A DNA stretch of 59,510 bases, filler included, from Catajapyx aquilonaris (taxonomy: Eukaryota): the NCBI GenBank assembly GCA_000934665.2. It is 3 parts of 3 records of this genome, joined end to end, with 100 filler letters (N's around TTAATTAATTAA, not from the genome) between each part and the next. Parts side by side here need not be neighbours in the genome. Positions count along the whole stretch, not along the records: positions 19,916 to 39,652 come from JYFJ02006397.1; positions 39,753 to 59,510 come from JYFJ02006398.1; 1 more part is not named here. One strand, written 5' to 3'. The notes below the pieces were generated by a model. It worked only from the letters and a program-made list of their open reading frames with translations. It was not told the DNA's origin and did no database searches. Shown here piece by piece: positions 28,123-41,271 of the stretch; within the stretch, counting starts at the first letter, position 1; each line of letters starts with the position of its first letter. The translations under genes and the position numbers were made by a program.

Positions 28123-28819
28123 ACCGCACAAGTGTAAACAATTGAAATAAAACATGACTGTTTTGCAAACATTGGTTTATGTAAATATGACTTCTTCTGT
28201 ACATGTCACGTTTCTATTTCCAAACACCCAATTCCATGCTACTTTTTGGGAGAAAAAACATCAAACTCAGGTACAACATTCACTCGCGTAAGTATCAATG
28301 AAACTTGCAAATAAAAAGTGAACGGAATGCAAAAAACCGGGGATGGAAACTACATCAGCTGTCGGCTGAATTTGAGGCGAGCAATATGCTAGTCCTTGTT
28401 TAAAAAAAAAAAAAAATTGTAGGTAGTCCGTTATAGCCACGTGTTAGCACACTCAATAGTCGAGAAGAGAATAATTACAAAACAACAACATTAGACCTGG
28501 ACGAATGGTCCCTACGATGCACTTTCAAACAATGCGAAACTTTCAATAATCCCAACGACACAACAGTTCAAACCCAATACCGAATTCACATTGGGTCCAA
28601 AAAAAAAAAACACGAAAGTAAATAAAACAACCTTGAGCCCAACGAAGAAAAAAAAACAACGCTATGCCCTCTAAGAAAAAAACGAACACGATGTCAAATA
28701 AACTTGTATTGGGTAAATTCTCTCTTTTTTTTTCCTCTCCTCAATAGAGATGAGAAGTGCACAGAATGTCCAAGAAGAAAAGTAATGCAGCAAAGTCTCA
28801 TCCGTCGTCATCTCGGGAT

Positions 28820-30218
28820 TCAGTGATTGAGATTGCTCATCTGCAGGAATTTTTCATAGTCCTCGAAGGCCTCGTCGTCCATCTCGTCACCGCCAAGGGA
28901 CAAGTTGCCAAAGTCCACATCGCTAAGTACACAGGAAATTGAATTAATTGTTCAAAACAGTAAGACGATCAGGACGTACCTGCCCTCTTCTTCCTCAGGA
29001 TACTCCTCCTCCGGATCGCCTCCTTGTAAGCCCTTCAGGAAGTCCCTTTCCTCATGGCTCAGTGCCTGTCCATCCGGCCCGTACATGACGCCGTCTCCTC
29101 CGCTGCTTACCTCTTGCCTATCTCCGCCTCCGCCCACGTCCCCACCCCTTCCCCAGTTGCAACCCCGAAGTTCAATCACCTTCGTCACCATATCCCGCAT
29201 CAGGCGGTCGCTCCAATCCGGACTATTAACAACGGCCTTTGTGTCCTCCAGCAGGGATGACAAGTTGCATTTGTCCTCCTCCATCTGGCAGCCGCACAGC
29301 TGGAAAAGAGTGGGCGTAACGTATGCTAGTTTGGATGCAATTTTCTCACCTTGAGTGTCTGGCAGATTGTTTTGATTCCGTCCTTGTCTGGTTGCGAGGC
29401 TAGAAGCGTGTGCAGGAGGGCCAACAGCCCCTGGGCCAGCACCTCAATCCTCTGTACGACACCGCCACCTGCCCGCACATCCATCTGCATGTACAGCTCG
29501 GCCATGAACATCGTGTAGCCTCTCAATCGCTCCGGATCAATCGCCTCCCTCCGCTCATGTTCCTCCTTGCATCTATTGGAAGAAAAGTAAGATCACGCAA
29601 CTGCCACCGTTAAACACGTCTCGGACGCTACCGTTTGAGGATGGCCTGTCTGAATTTTCCATCCTTCTGCCCTGCCCTTGAGAGCGTCTGGCAGAGTCGG
29701 GCGCCAGTGTAGCGGAAGTTTGTCTGCTCAACGGCCTGCTCGAATATCATATGCACTGCATGTCCAAGTGCCTGCGATCGGAACGTTAATTAAGCATGGA
29801 ATGTACAGTAATGTGTCGGTCATACCTCAGGCGAGTTGGACCTCCCACGAAATAGCTCCACGAAAGTAGACGAAAAGGAGTCGAAGAACCCCGGCTTCTT
29901 AGTGAGCTCCATCACCATATGGCTGACTTCCATCAGAAACGCATTGTCCACTTCCGACAGAACCACCGGTTCCTCTTCAGGCGGTGGAGGCTCGTAGTAC
30001 GACTTTGGGTAGAACTCGACAGCTTCTGCGGACAGGTTTGAGTTCACGACGGACGCTGCAGCTGGTCCGTCTCCGGATCCGTCCAGGCTTGGAAGGAAGG
30101 CTGTGGGCTGTGCGGACGGGATGCGGAGACCCACAGGATGAGGGTCCGGCATATCTTGAGATAAAGAGTGGGCCCGTCCGCGCCCCTGTCGTGGACACTG
30201 GTCACCGAAGCCGTCCAT
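28820..30218 (-). CDS. PAIP1: Polyadenylate-binding protein-interacting protein 1
   Basis: Exons 30218-29826, 29771-29632, 29572-29350, 29299-28980, 28922-28820. PAM2 motif SNLSAEAVEFYP; MIF4G-like NFRYTGARLC and MFMAELY; ELRGCNWG; YGPDGQALSHEERDFL; acidic tail DEMDDEAFEDYEKFL. Confidence 0.92.
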
Positions 30219-30239
30219 GACCTCAGGTCAAACCTTTAA

Positions 30240-31100
30240 TTTAGAACACTACTATTAGGTCACTACTTACTATCAGGCCACTATTAGAACACTACTATTA
30301 GGTCACTACTACTAGAACACTACCGTTAGGTTACTATTTACTATTAGGCCACTATTAGGTCACTACTATTAGAAGACTACTATTAGGCCACTACTGACTA
30401 TTAGGCCACTATTAGAATACTACTAGGTCACTACTATTAGGCCACTATTTGAACACTACTAGGTCACTACTATTAGGCCACTATTAGGCATGAGTGCCCT
30501 TTTGTCCTTCGTCAGAGTCAAAAGACTCTTTTGTTCAATGGGGGCCCCTCGCGGTGATGCAATAATCGGAGAGAAGTGATACACGGCTGGGAGTATGTTC
30601 TACTATTAGGCCACTCTTAGAACACTACTAGGTCACTACTATTAGGCCACTATTAGAACAGTACTAGGGTCACTACTATTAGAACAGTACTAGGTCACTA
30701 CTATTAGGCCACTATTAGAACACTACTAGGTCACTACTATTAGGCCACTATTAGAACACTACTAGGTCACTACTATTAGGCATGAGTGCCCTTTTGTCCT
30801 TCGTCTGAGTCAAAAGACTCTTTTGTTCAATGGGGGCCCCTTGTGGTGATGCAATAATCGGAGAGAAGTGATACACGGCTGGGAGTACGTTCTACTATTA
30901 GGCCACTATTAGAACACTACTATTAGGTCGCTCTTAGGACACCCCGCTTGATGTAACCCTTTTGGTCCAGTCCGCATTCAGTACAGTCACGCCACTACTA
31001 TTAGGCCAAAGAACACTACTATTAGGTCGCTCTTAGGACACCCTGGTGGATGGAACCCTTTTGGTCCAGTCACGCCAGGCCACTATTAGAACACTATTAT
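30240..31100. repeat. Complex minisatellite (ACTACTATTAGGTC / ACTATTAGGCC / ACTATTAGAAC units) with higher-order duplications
   Basis: 11-14-bp variant units. A unique ~112-bp segment is duplicated at 30489-30600 and 30781-30892, and a second segment (GTCGCTCTTAGGACACCC...CCCTTTTGGTCCAGTC) at ~30927 and ~31026. Confidence 0.93.
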
Positions 31101-32243
31101 GTATGAATGACCTCAGGTCAACCTCCAACTGGCTTTTTAACTTAGACCACCCTCTGAGTATATGCTACCAGTTCCAACCGACCCAAGTGTTGAGGTGCCT
31201 GCAGTGGCCTACTAGAGAGGACCCGAAGCCACGTTCTCCTTTTCCTTTCCCTTTCCTAGCCTCTTCTAGTGGGAAAGAGAGAGAGAGAAAAAGAACAAAC
31301 GATTGTTCCGGCTTGGACGACAGAGACTGTGCAATAGGGACGAGTCCCTGCTCACTTCACGACAGATGGCGCGTGCACACAAAAGGCGGCCATATTTGAT
31401 GCTCCTCAACGCGCGGTTTTTTCATGTCATTCTTTTGTTTACAAGAGAAAATAATGCGGACACATTTTCGTGACTTTTTGGGGATGCACGGGGATGATAA
31501 TCCACACCTGGATAACAAGTGTAATGAAAATTATGGACACATCACAGTAAAAGCATTTTTTATAAAGACATCCAGTACAGCGAACATGCATAGCAGAGAG
31601 TGCCACAATTCAATTATTTCATTGCTGTACAATTCACCTCCTCATTGAAATGAATTGCCGGTTGATAGTTCCTGACTGAAGGTGCATTTACATATCAGCG
31701 ATTTGATGCGCCAAGGCTGCAATTAACTGGGTTACTCAGCCTCGGCGAAGACTTCGATCCGCTTCGCTCGTCAAATTGCTCACGTGTAAACGCACATTGA
31801 ATTGTGGCCATCCTTTACAGCTAGATTTCACAACATGCAACTCGCACGAATTAATACCCCTAACCATTGCACAGAATCAGAAAAATACAATCGCAACTCC
31901 ATTAATATACTTCCCACAAAACATTTTGAAAATACAGTTTGTGACAGAAGGGTTAAAAACTACACAGTTTTTGGTCATTGATTCGAATACACATATTTAC
32001 AAAGTGCGACATATAAGAATACTTATTGTAAATTAATTGCGATGCATTATTTTGTACTTATTAAAGTGTCTTTTTTTCAATAATAATAATAATTAAACAT
32101 TGTGCGCAACATTTGAAATTTCGACACTTATGGCACCAATTAATTAGGCTGCAGTTCCACTTTGTGATTAAAACATTTAGTGATTATGCCAAGATAATAA
32201 AAAAATAATATAAATGAGAGTATAAAAAATTGTTGCTGAATTA

Positions 32244-34976
32244 TTAAGCATTGGATGGCATATTTAGTTGCTCCATTTCCACTTCCTCTTGAGGTTCCCT
32301 GCTCTTCAGACTTTTCGTGGCCTCAACCGTAATGTACTTGTGCAGTGATTCGGATGCGTACATGTCGTGTTCATCAACACCACTGTTCTTATTGTGATCT
32401 TCCATGAAGCACAGGAAGAGAGTATCAATTACCATCTGAAATGATAAAGTTAACATACAGAAGCCGTAGTAGGATGAATCAAGAGAAACTTTCAATTATT
32501 ACGTACACCCATCTACAACAAAAGGTAAATACATTAATTACCTCATACACAGAGAAGACGCAATGTGCCACAAAGTAAGCAAATATGGTGGCCAGCAGCA
32601 CCGGAATGGCATAGAAGTGAAGCTCCTCATCTTGCTTCAGCACGAGAAGAGACGTGATTCCAATTATACCGGTCACAATGCACTTTCCCAAGAAGAGAAT
32701 GAAGTCGCCTACGCTGTTGATGGCAGCCACTTGAAGGATATTCGCTGTTATGGTTTCAAATGCCTGCAGAAACACACACAATCAGGAGAGAAAATACACT
32801 GCCAATAACAATGTGATGTCTCGACATTCCGTAGGTTTTGAATTACTTACAATTCCAGCTGCTGTGCAAAAATTGCATCCTTCGATGGCGATGACAGTGT
32901 ATGCATTGTGGTTGAGGTATTTAATGAACTTCTCCAGCATGTAGAAGCAGCACCAGCAGCATTTGAGGCAGCAGTTCACACATTTGTTGTCTTCCCCGTA
33001 CTGCTTCAGCCTTAGAAGATAATTTCATAAACATTACTTTCAAGAATATTGTATACATTTTGCAATCATAAGCTAACCTGAGTTGAATGTATGTGAGAAT
33101 GATCCTTGGTATCTTGAAGAGTGTAATGAGGAATGATCCTTTGGCTACGGAGCCAAGGTGATACACTACCATCTTCGAGATTGACTTTCCAACTGCACAA
33201 GACACTTCAGACTTGTCTCTGGAATGTAGGCGAACATTAACAACTCCTCTTCGAATGTGAAATAATTTTACTCACTTGGTAAAGTACCAGTAGGACACAG
33301 CACCTGCTATGACCATCTGCTGGCAGGCAAGTATGAACTGCGACACCCACAAAAGGGCTATGACGTAAACCCACCAAAAATATTGCACCCAAGTGGGGTC
33401 CAATGCTATCAGGTTGAATCCCGTTCCTCCAAGCGGACGAGACGTCTGATTCGCTTCTTGTTGTTCTCTTTTGTTCAGCACCGGAGAACTTGTACTCGAC
33501 TCCAACTCCATAGCGCCATAAGTTGGTTTAACCCCAGTGTGAGCTGCGAATATTTAAACAGGCATTAACGAATCAATTCCCGTGCCCAGGAACCTGTTGC
33601 TCGTAAAATCAAATTTTCCCATAAAATTAATTCAAACGACTTACTCGCAGTAGCCAGCCAGACCATGACCAGCATCCAAAATATGAAAAATGCAAAGAGC
33701 ACTACGATGGTGATGAACGGCTGCAGCAAGAGAGTCCTCATATCCTTGAGGCAGCTGCTTGCCTCTTCGAACAGCTTGATCACAATGGACACCCTTGATC
33801 TCAGGACTATCACCAGAATCAGGAGGATCACGGTGACGATGGTCACAATAATTGAGAACGCCAGAAAGGCCCTCTCATTCTTAGCCGCAGTTTCCAGGAG
33901 CTGACTCTGTGGGATCAGGTCAAGCTTGTACTTGATTTCGGCGTAAGTGACCCACAGCAGCACGGACAGAACGGTTCCAACTATTGGCACTGCGATCATG
34001 AATCCCCAGGCAAACATTGTCGCCAGGTAATGGATCACCTCAACCATCAAAAAAGACACAACTGAAATAATGCAGGTTTAATTAGGCGTTTAATTGCGAA
34101 ACAAACATTATGTACTTACCTAAAGCACATGCGGCAAATGCAAGTAAAAGCCACTTTGTTCGATGCAAGTCACTCAAAACCTGCTGCACAACCTCAATTC
34201 CATTCAAAGTCCCATAAACACGAGACATCACTCCTTCAGTCAAATCCGTCACAGCTCTGGGCACACACCGGTTGATCACTGGAACGCTGTCGAGTTGAAA
34301 CAAGTGTAAGCTCGAAATTACAGTACAGTACATAATTAGGCCATAATTAGACTGATTTTTACCTATCATAAACTGGTAATGGCGGGCATGGCCCCAGTGG
34401 ATTGTGCAGTAAATCGGTAATATTCTGCTCCGACGACCGATTCCTCCTCATCTTTTCCAATTCCTCCCCGTAATTGAACCCATATGTGCACAAGTTGACA
34501 CCCGTCTCCTCGATGAACGCCTTCAGCTCATCATGACTGTTTATCCTCCGATCCGGACACTTCTGAACGCAAACCTGCAAAGCCTGCTGCATTTCCTTCA
34601 GATCAAAAAAGAAGAGGTACGACATATTGTTCATATCCATCCCCGAGTTGTTGAGTCTCCCCAGCCGCTCGTTCTTCATCCCGCAAACATTTCCGAAGCT
34701 GTCATACCCGTGTACCAACCGCTCCGGGTTGCCATACACAAATGCAAACGCAGCAATAAAGATCTGCAAAATCAATACATTTCTGACAGATGAGTCATCA
34801 CCAATAAATCAATATCGACTGACAGCTTATGACATTTGACCATAATTTGAGTGTGTCGTTCTACTGACCAGTAGACCCCAGAATAAGACGTAGACGATGA
34901 GGCAGGGCAAGTCTGTGCATCCAACAGGACGAGTTGGAGTTGCATCCTCTGGAACTACTTTGGAACAGCAGCCCAT
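32244..34976 (-). CDS. CTL1: Choline transporter-like protein 1 (SLC44/CTL family)
   Basis: Exons 34976-34869, 34763-34363, 34286-34120, 34061-33645, 33543-33276, 33218-33078, 33010-32851, 32763-32542, 32435-32244. Motifs: [103 protein letters not shown]. Confidence 0.95.
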
Positions 34977-35450
34977 CTTTTTTTTCTCTCTCTCGTTCTT
35001 CTCACCTCGAATTCCACTGTGAATCCCCGATGTTTTGGACTTTTAGATTGCGTCCAAACACAGGGTTAAAATTTGGGATGGTTTCCGCCCATTTTTAGTA
35101 GCTGCCTGTTATTAAAAAAGTGATTAAAAGTGGAAAAAATTAATTATGTACAATACTGAGCCGCCATCTTGGTTGAGATGGAAGGAACGGACCGGAACCG
35201 GCGAACCAATTCGATAATTACATTGCCGGTAAGCCGAACTTGCACCGTAATCACAATTAAACCGGATTAAAATCAATCTGGTTTAATTAATATTTTAAAA
35301 TAAATATCTAAATCCCCCCCACATTAAATAAAATCTGTTAGTAATGATGGGAACGGACTGGCGGCCATGTTGGGGACTGACACTAGGAACGTGGAGTCAC
35401 ATGCTCCTTTTCGTTGAGTTTAAATGTTTAATTGACATTAATTGCGAGCA
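34977..35450. promoter_or_regulatory. Probable bidirectional promoter between CTL1 and the RPA34-like gene
   Basis: Divergent start codons 475 bp apart; YY1/Pho-type CCGCCATCTT at 35161 and GCGGCCATGTT at 35361. Confidence 0.5.
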
Positions 35451-37158
35451 ATGTCGTTTAAACGGAGAAGGCACGACGTTAGTTCGTCGGATGAAGAGTC
35501 GGATGAGGGTCGGACAGCTAGATCCACTGCAGAAGGGCAGGCAAATCAGGTACATACTATGCTTACTGATCAAAAAAGCTATCAAAAATTAATTAACTTA
35601 CAATTAATTAATTAACCTTCACTTGCGGATACTCCGAAGCTGGCCACAACTTTATGTGCGTCATATTATGGAAATGCACTTTTGCCTGTTTGGTGCAATG
35701 CAAAAGTTCATATTATTAACTGACCGGTTAATGTTCGCAGGTAATTGTTGACCCGAAGTACCTGAAGGAGTATGAGCCCAGCAGTAGGAAGCCGACCCTG
35801 AGCCTGGATGAAATTGGGTCTGACGATGAAGTGTGGGTGATGAGGTGTCCGGATAGTGTGAGTATAATATTCACGACATTGTCGCTAGAAAATGGTTCAA
35901 TACGTAAATTCATTTCAGATCAAGATTGAGAATCTTCAGAACAGTGCGTTTAATTTCAAGTCGTCAACTTCGTCCATCTCTGTCGCAAGGCAGACTTACG
36001 AGTGCAGAGTGATTCCAAAAGAGGATCAAATGTCGTGCTTGCTTCCGTCGTCAAGAGATGGAAATTTGCAGTTGGGTAGGCACCGTGCAGCTGCGTATTT
36101 TGAAGTGCGTTGTTGTTAACGTTCTGTTATTTTGCAGCCAATTTGAATGTGTCTGGATATGTGGAGATAACAAAATCAATCCCAGTGCCTCCCATAAAAT
36201 TCATGGAAATGCCTGAAGATGACATTACGTCACTGCCAGAAGGACTGAAGTTGCGGCATCCGATTTATGGCCTAGGTAGGAATTTACAGGGCATGTCATT
36301 GGAAATAGAATAGTCTCTTCTCTAAAGTCTAAACTATGTATCCGACAATCCGAGTACATTTTGTGTACATCTATATTTTGGGGGCATCCTGAATTTGTAG
36401 TTTCACTTTCAGCCTTTGACATGTTTATTATTCTGGATTTTCTGTTTAATTTAGACATTGATGCCCTGAGTCCTCGTAAGAAGAAAAGTAAGCGGAAGAA
36501 GATGAGCAAGGAAATGATGGATGAGTCTACTGAAAAGACTCCTAGTAAGAAGAAGAAGAAAAAGCGAAAGTCACGGCCACCAGAACAGGAGTCGTCAGAA
36601 GAGGAGTTGCCAGTTAAGAAGGAAAAACGAAAGTCCAAACTATCCGAGGAGGAATCACCGATTAAGAAGGAAAAGCGGAGGTCAAATCCAGAAGAAGAGG
36701 AAGGATCCAGTAAGAAGGAAAAGGGAAAGAAGCGAAAGTCACAGCCACCAGAAGAGGAGTTGCCAGTTAAGAAGGAAAAACGCAAGTCCAATCTATCTGA
36801 GGAGGAGTCACCTACTAAGAAGAAGAAGCAAAGGTCGAGCCTAGAATATAATGGTACAGAATTGGTCGAAGAAGAGCTTCCAACTAAAACAAAGAAGAAA
36901 AAATCAGGTGGTGAGGTTCACATCCCTGATGTTACTCCAAGGAAACGTAAAGCATCAGAACACGAAGCGATCGACACAGGAAAGAAGCGAAAGATTGAGG
37001 CAGAACCTGTAGCAGATGATGATGCAAAAGGTAAGAAGAAGCTCAGAAAAGCAAGAGCTGAGTCACCTGTTAGGGAGCAACCAAGCAGAGCTGTCAAAAT
37101 CAAGAAAGAACCGGAAGAGCAACCAAGGAAAACTCGAAAGGCAGCCAAAGGGCATTGA
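35451..37158 (+). CDS. RNA polymerase I subunit RPA34 (POLR1G/CAST)-like protein with a long Lys/Glu-rich tail
   Basis: Exons 35451-35549, 35741-35857, 35919-36075, 36138-36275, 36455-37158 with consistent phases. DDEVWVMRCP, CLLPS and LPEGLKLRHPIYG resemble the RPA34 N-terminal domain; the C-terminus is Lys-rich and low-complexity. Confidence 0.75.
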
Positions 37159-39652
37159 AGTAATTCACTTGTAGGGAACCATTGGGAACAAACTCAAGCT
37201 CTAATGATATTTATATTTTTTTAGGATGAAAGTTATTTGGAGAAAAAATCAGTAGCAGCAAAATACATTTAAAGTCAATGGACATCTGAGAATGGACTCT
37301 TGGAACTTTCCATTTTCTCCGCAGAGATGCCCAGTCGCAACAATAGGAATAAACAGTGTTGACACTCTTTACTCCTTTTGTTACGAGAGGGCATCTCTGA
37401 AGAAATGTTAAATATAGGAGTTCCATAAGAGAGTGGGTTCATTGACTTGATACAAGCATAATAATCTTGCACTCCATCCCTTACCCAGAAGTCTGTTTAA
37501 CAAGAGGGCTGTAATTTTTAAAATCTGAAGAATTTTCTAAGGGCGCAAGAAATTTTGTGTACACATTTACCCGTTCCCTCTGAAACGAGGTTCATTTTTG
37601 ATCTATAACCATAACTCCAGTAGACATGTAGATTTTTCATCTTTGATTTGTTATATGGAGAACCAGTTGCAGAAAGTTATAATTTGTAATAGTAATTGTG
37701 ACGCTCCTTGTTTAGTACGTATAATTTCTAATGAGGACCAATGTCTTCTTTTGTTTGCCAGTAATTTTTGTCGGAAAACATGTTGCTAATATGATATCAG
37801 ATGAATGCAAGTTTTCTTTGACAGTAATTATGTACCACAAGTTTGTTACGTAAGTAGAGGATGGCACATTTTTATCAGCTGAAGTGATTCATAAGCATAC
37901 GCTCTTGTTTTGTGGCCATTTTGTGTTTATAACAAGATATGGCATCAATTGAAGGGGGGACAGTAAGTGATGCAAATATAGAGTTGTGTAATGTGATACT
38001 TGTGCATAAGGAATTTCTTGAGTGCAGGAGAAAGTTTGCTGCAAAATTGAAGGAAAATAAATATTTTCGATTGAGAAAGTGCTGTTTCGGTTATATTTTT
38101 TTCAGGCGAATGACTAACACTGGAGATGAAACAGTAGAACAATATATTGTACATGGAGAGGTCATTTAAAATAATTTTAACAGTGCTTACTGATTGCTTT
38201 TTATGTCTTTGTTTTTCAGGGAACATCAGTCATAGGAACAAGAAAAAATGTCGTGAAACAATGTAAAGGAATTGTTCATCTAGCAGAACAAAACCAAAAC
38301 CAACGAAAGTCAACACAATATATCATATTTTGAAATGAAATGTTTTTGAAAAATGACCATGATTATGTTGCAAGGGAAGTAGTGCCCAAAAATAGTGAGA
38401 ACTTTTCCTAACTCTTAAGATGTAACCCATAAAAAATGTTTGATAAACTCTGTTTCAGGACACACCATTTTACAGTACCGTACTATATTCCCTTTTTGTG
38501 TGTGCAAGTAGCTCTCAAGAAAGTACATATTGTGCATGCTAATAATAAGAATAAGTAATGAATATGTACATTTCCAAATTCTCTCCACGAATGGTAGCCT
38601 ATACAAATAAACTGTGACTCTTTAACTTGACCAGATTTTGCTCCTACTCCTGGACATGCTAAAGTATTGCTTTATACTGGCAGGGTATAAGCATAACAAT
38701 ACTGTAGATGCTTCCTTGAACTTTCAAGGGTAATTACAGAGGATATCCCTGATGGTATAATGTAATTATGTAGACCACAGCATAAATAATATTGGACTTG
38801 GTCATACTGTTGAAGAGTTCTCCATAATTGCCATTCTTAATGAAGTCCTTTCATTACTCGGCACTGTAGAGGCTTGGAAACTGTGTAAAGTTCACTTATG
38901 GTCTTGTTTGCTTGTTTTTACAGTTCTGTTATAGTGTGTGTACAGTGTATAGTCTACTACTGAGGCTACAAAAAGCTGTTATTAATTTTTACCAATACTA
39001 GTACTGCATTACTATCATTAGTGACACTTACTGTGTAGTACAGTCATAATGAATTAATGATCACGAGGTTATGGATTTTATACGTATAAATACTGATGCA
39101 TGTTATACATTTTGAAAATGAGGTAAAGTGCACCAATTTTGTGGAATTTGATAAACAGTAACTTTAGAATGAAGAGGAAAATATTAAGTTATACAGTATA
39201 ATGCTTTAGAGTTTAGACAGTAGCTGTCCTTGAACCAGCTTGTATGCAATTGAATATTTTGTGGGAATACGTGACTGTAGTTTTTCTGACAATTGCGTGT
39301 CAATGAGAAAATCTTATTAAAATTAATTAATCTCGAGCACTTTGACATCACTAATAAAGTAGCAAATGCCCCCAGTATAGAACCTACTCTGTCATATTAT
39401 TCAGTCCAAATTCGACACTCCTCCGGTTTGAACTGCCCCCACCCCATCTGAAGGAGTAGTCAGACTTTCAGAATGCAACGGACTGCTTGCAATACATATA
39501 AGTGAGCTTCAAGATGCAATTGCAATGCGATATCACGTGCTTTGTGCCCTGGCATGAAGTTATATCTGCAACCCTAAACTTGGGGAGTGATTTAGGGCAA
39601 CTTCTTCTGCCGCGAGACGTGCGAGAGAGAGGCTTGCATCTTCTCCCTTGCA

Positions 39653-39752
39653 NNNNNNNNNNNNNNNNNNNNNNNNNNNNNNNNNNNNNNNNNNNNTTAA
39701 TTAATTAANNNNNNNNNNNNNNNNNNNNNNNNNNNNNNNNNNNNNNNNNNNN
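39653..39752. other. Artificial contig linker (N44-TTAATTAATTAA-N44)
   Basis: Same structure as 19816-19915; 12-mer at 39697-39708. Confidence 0.97.
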
Positions 39753-40067
39753 AGGAGCGATTAGGCAAAAATTGCTAAAGAGTGTATCTCCGTAATGCGG
39801 CGGCCAAACATAATGATTCCTATACTTAAATCGATCCTCTGGTGGCTAGGAAGGCAGTCATATACGTCGGGGCACTGAGTTCAGATACACCCTGTATAGT
39901 AACTTTTCCACGTAGAGTCTTTATTTTCAGAGCTGCAGTGACTTGAAAAATACTTTACACTCTCGCTGAAGGGTAGCCAACCGGCAATTACGGGCCTCCG
40001 GGGCGAAAACGGGGGTGGCGCCCCATCTGGATTGGAAGAGTATGGTCTCAAGGACATTCTTACCAAA

Positions 40068-40719
40068 GGACCTGTTCAAGTAGTCCCGCTACCTAAACGG
40101 CAACCATCTTGCGCATCTTGTAGTGTATAATCTATGCACCTAGTTTTACGCTAAAGGCCGCTGTGTTCGCCACTGACTGTATCTTTGATGTGGTAGGGGT
40201 TGCTACCTAGCGGCCTTGGTAGGAATCAAAACATGTTGTCACGTGGTGAACTGTTTTATTAGTTGATTTAGACGAAGGAAAACTCGTGTGGTTTTTACCC
40301 CGTAAAAATGTTGTAAGAATATTCATGTGAGACAAATGCCGCGTCCGGAAATCAATATGCGAAATGCAAGCTCCCGTGCGATGTCTCGCGTTTGCCCAAT
40401 CGCGTATCTCTCCCTCTCTCCCCCTCTCCTCTCTCTCACTCTCCCCTAAAAGAGAGAGAGGAAAGAGAGAGACGAAGCTGACGGACGCAAGATGGCGTTC
40501 GTTGGCAAACCAAGAGCGAACTCTTTCTCCGAACTGATGAAGGTCACCCTTTAGAAGCATTCTTCCATTGAATGACATATATTAGAGTGGCTGGACAGCA
40601 ACATTTTGATCCAACTCCCCTGCGTTGCCAAGTTTCAGTGATCTGCTCCAATCTAATTGACACGAATCATTGAGCCAAGTGGGTGGCCTTTCTTTGCCAG
40701 GATAACTTTGAACAGGTCC
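40068..40719 (+). mobile_element. ~650-bp TIR-bounded non-coding cassette (MITE-like), copy 1
   Basis: GGACCTGTTCAA (40068-40079) ... TTGAACAGGTCC (40708-40719); reverse complement of 41272-41908. Confidence 0.75.
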
Positions 40720-41271
40720 TTTCATGCTTTCATCACCAAAGTGCATGGTTGACCCTTAATTCCCGTAATTCCATGACTATGGGTTCAAGTCACTGTAGCT
40801 CTGAAAATAAGGACTCTACGTGGAAAAGGTACTTATACATTCTTGTAGAATACATGTTTCTGTACAACCTTTGTTTGGCACATTTCCTCATGAGAAGCAT
40901 AGTTCGCTCAGAAAAAGAGTTTTAACTCGCTTCAAGGTAGCCAACCGGCAATTACGGGCCTCCGGGGCAAAAACGGGGATGGCGCCACATCTGGATTGGA
41001 AGAGTATGGTCTCAGGGACATTCCTACCAATGGTACAAGTCGCTGTAGCTCCGAAAATACGTACCGTACGTGGAAAAGTTACTATATACTTTCTGTAGGA
41101 TACATGTTTCCCCACAACATTTGTTTGGCACATATCCGCTTAAGAAGCATAGTTCGCTCAGAAAAAGACTTGTCACTCGCTTCAGTGTAGCCAACCCGCC
41201 TCCTGGGCGAAAACGAGCGTGGCGCCATATCTGAATTTGAAGAGTATGCTCTCAGGGACATTTGTACCTTT

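Noticed and set aside
30240..31100. Repeat-spacer appearance reminiscent of a CRISPR array
   Set aside because: Units are 11-14 bp, contiguous and degenerate; the spacers are themselves duplicated; eukaryotic context with no cas genes
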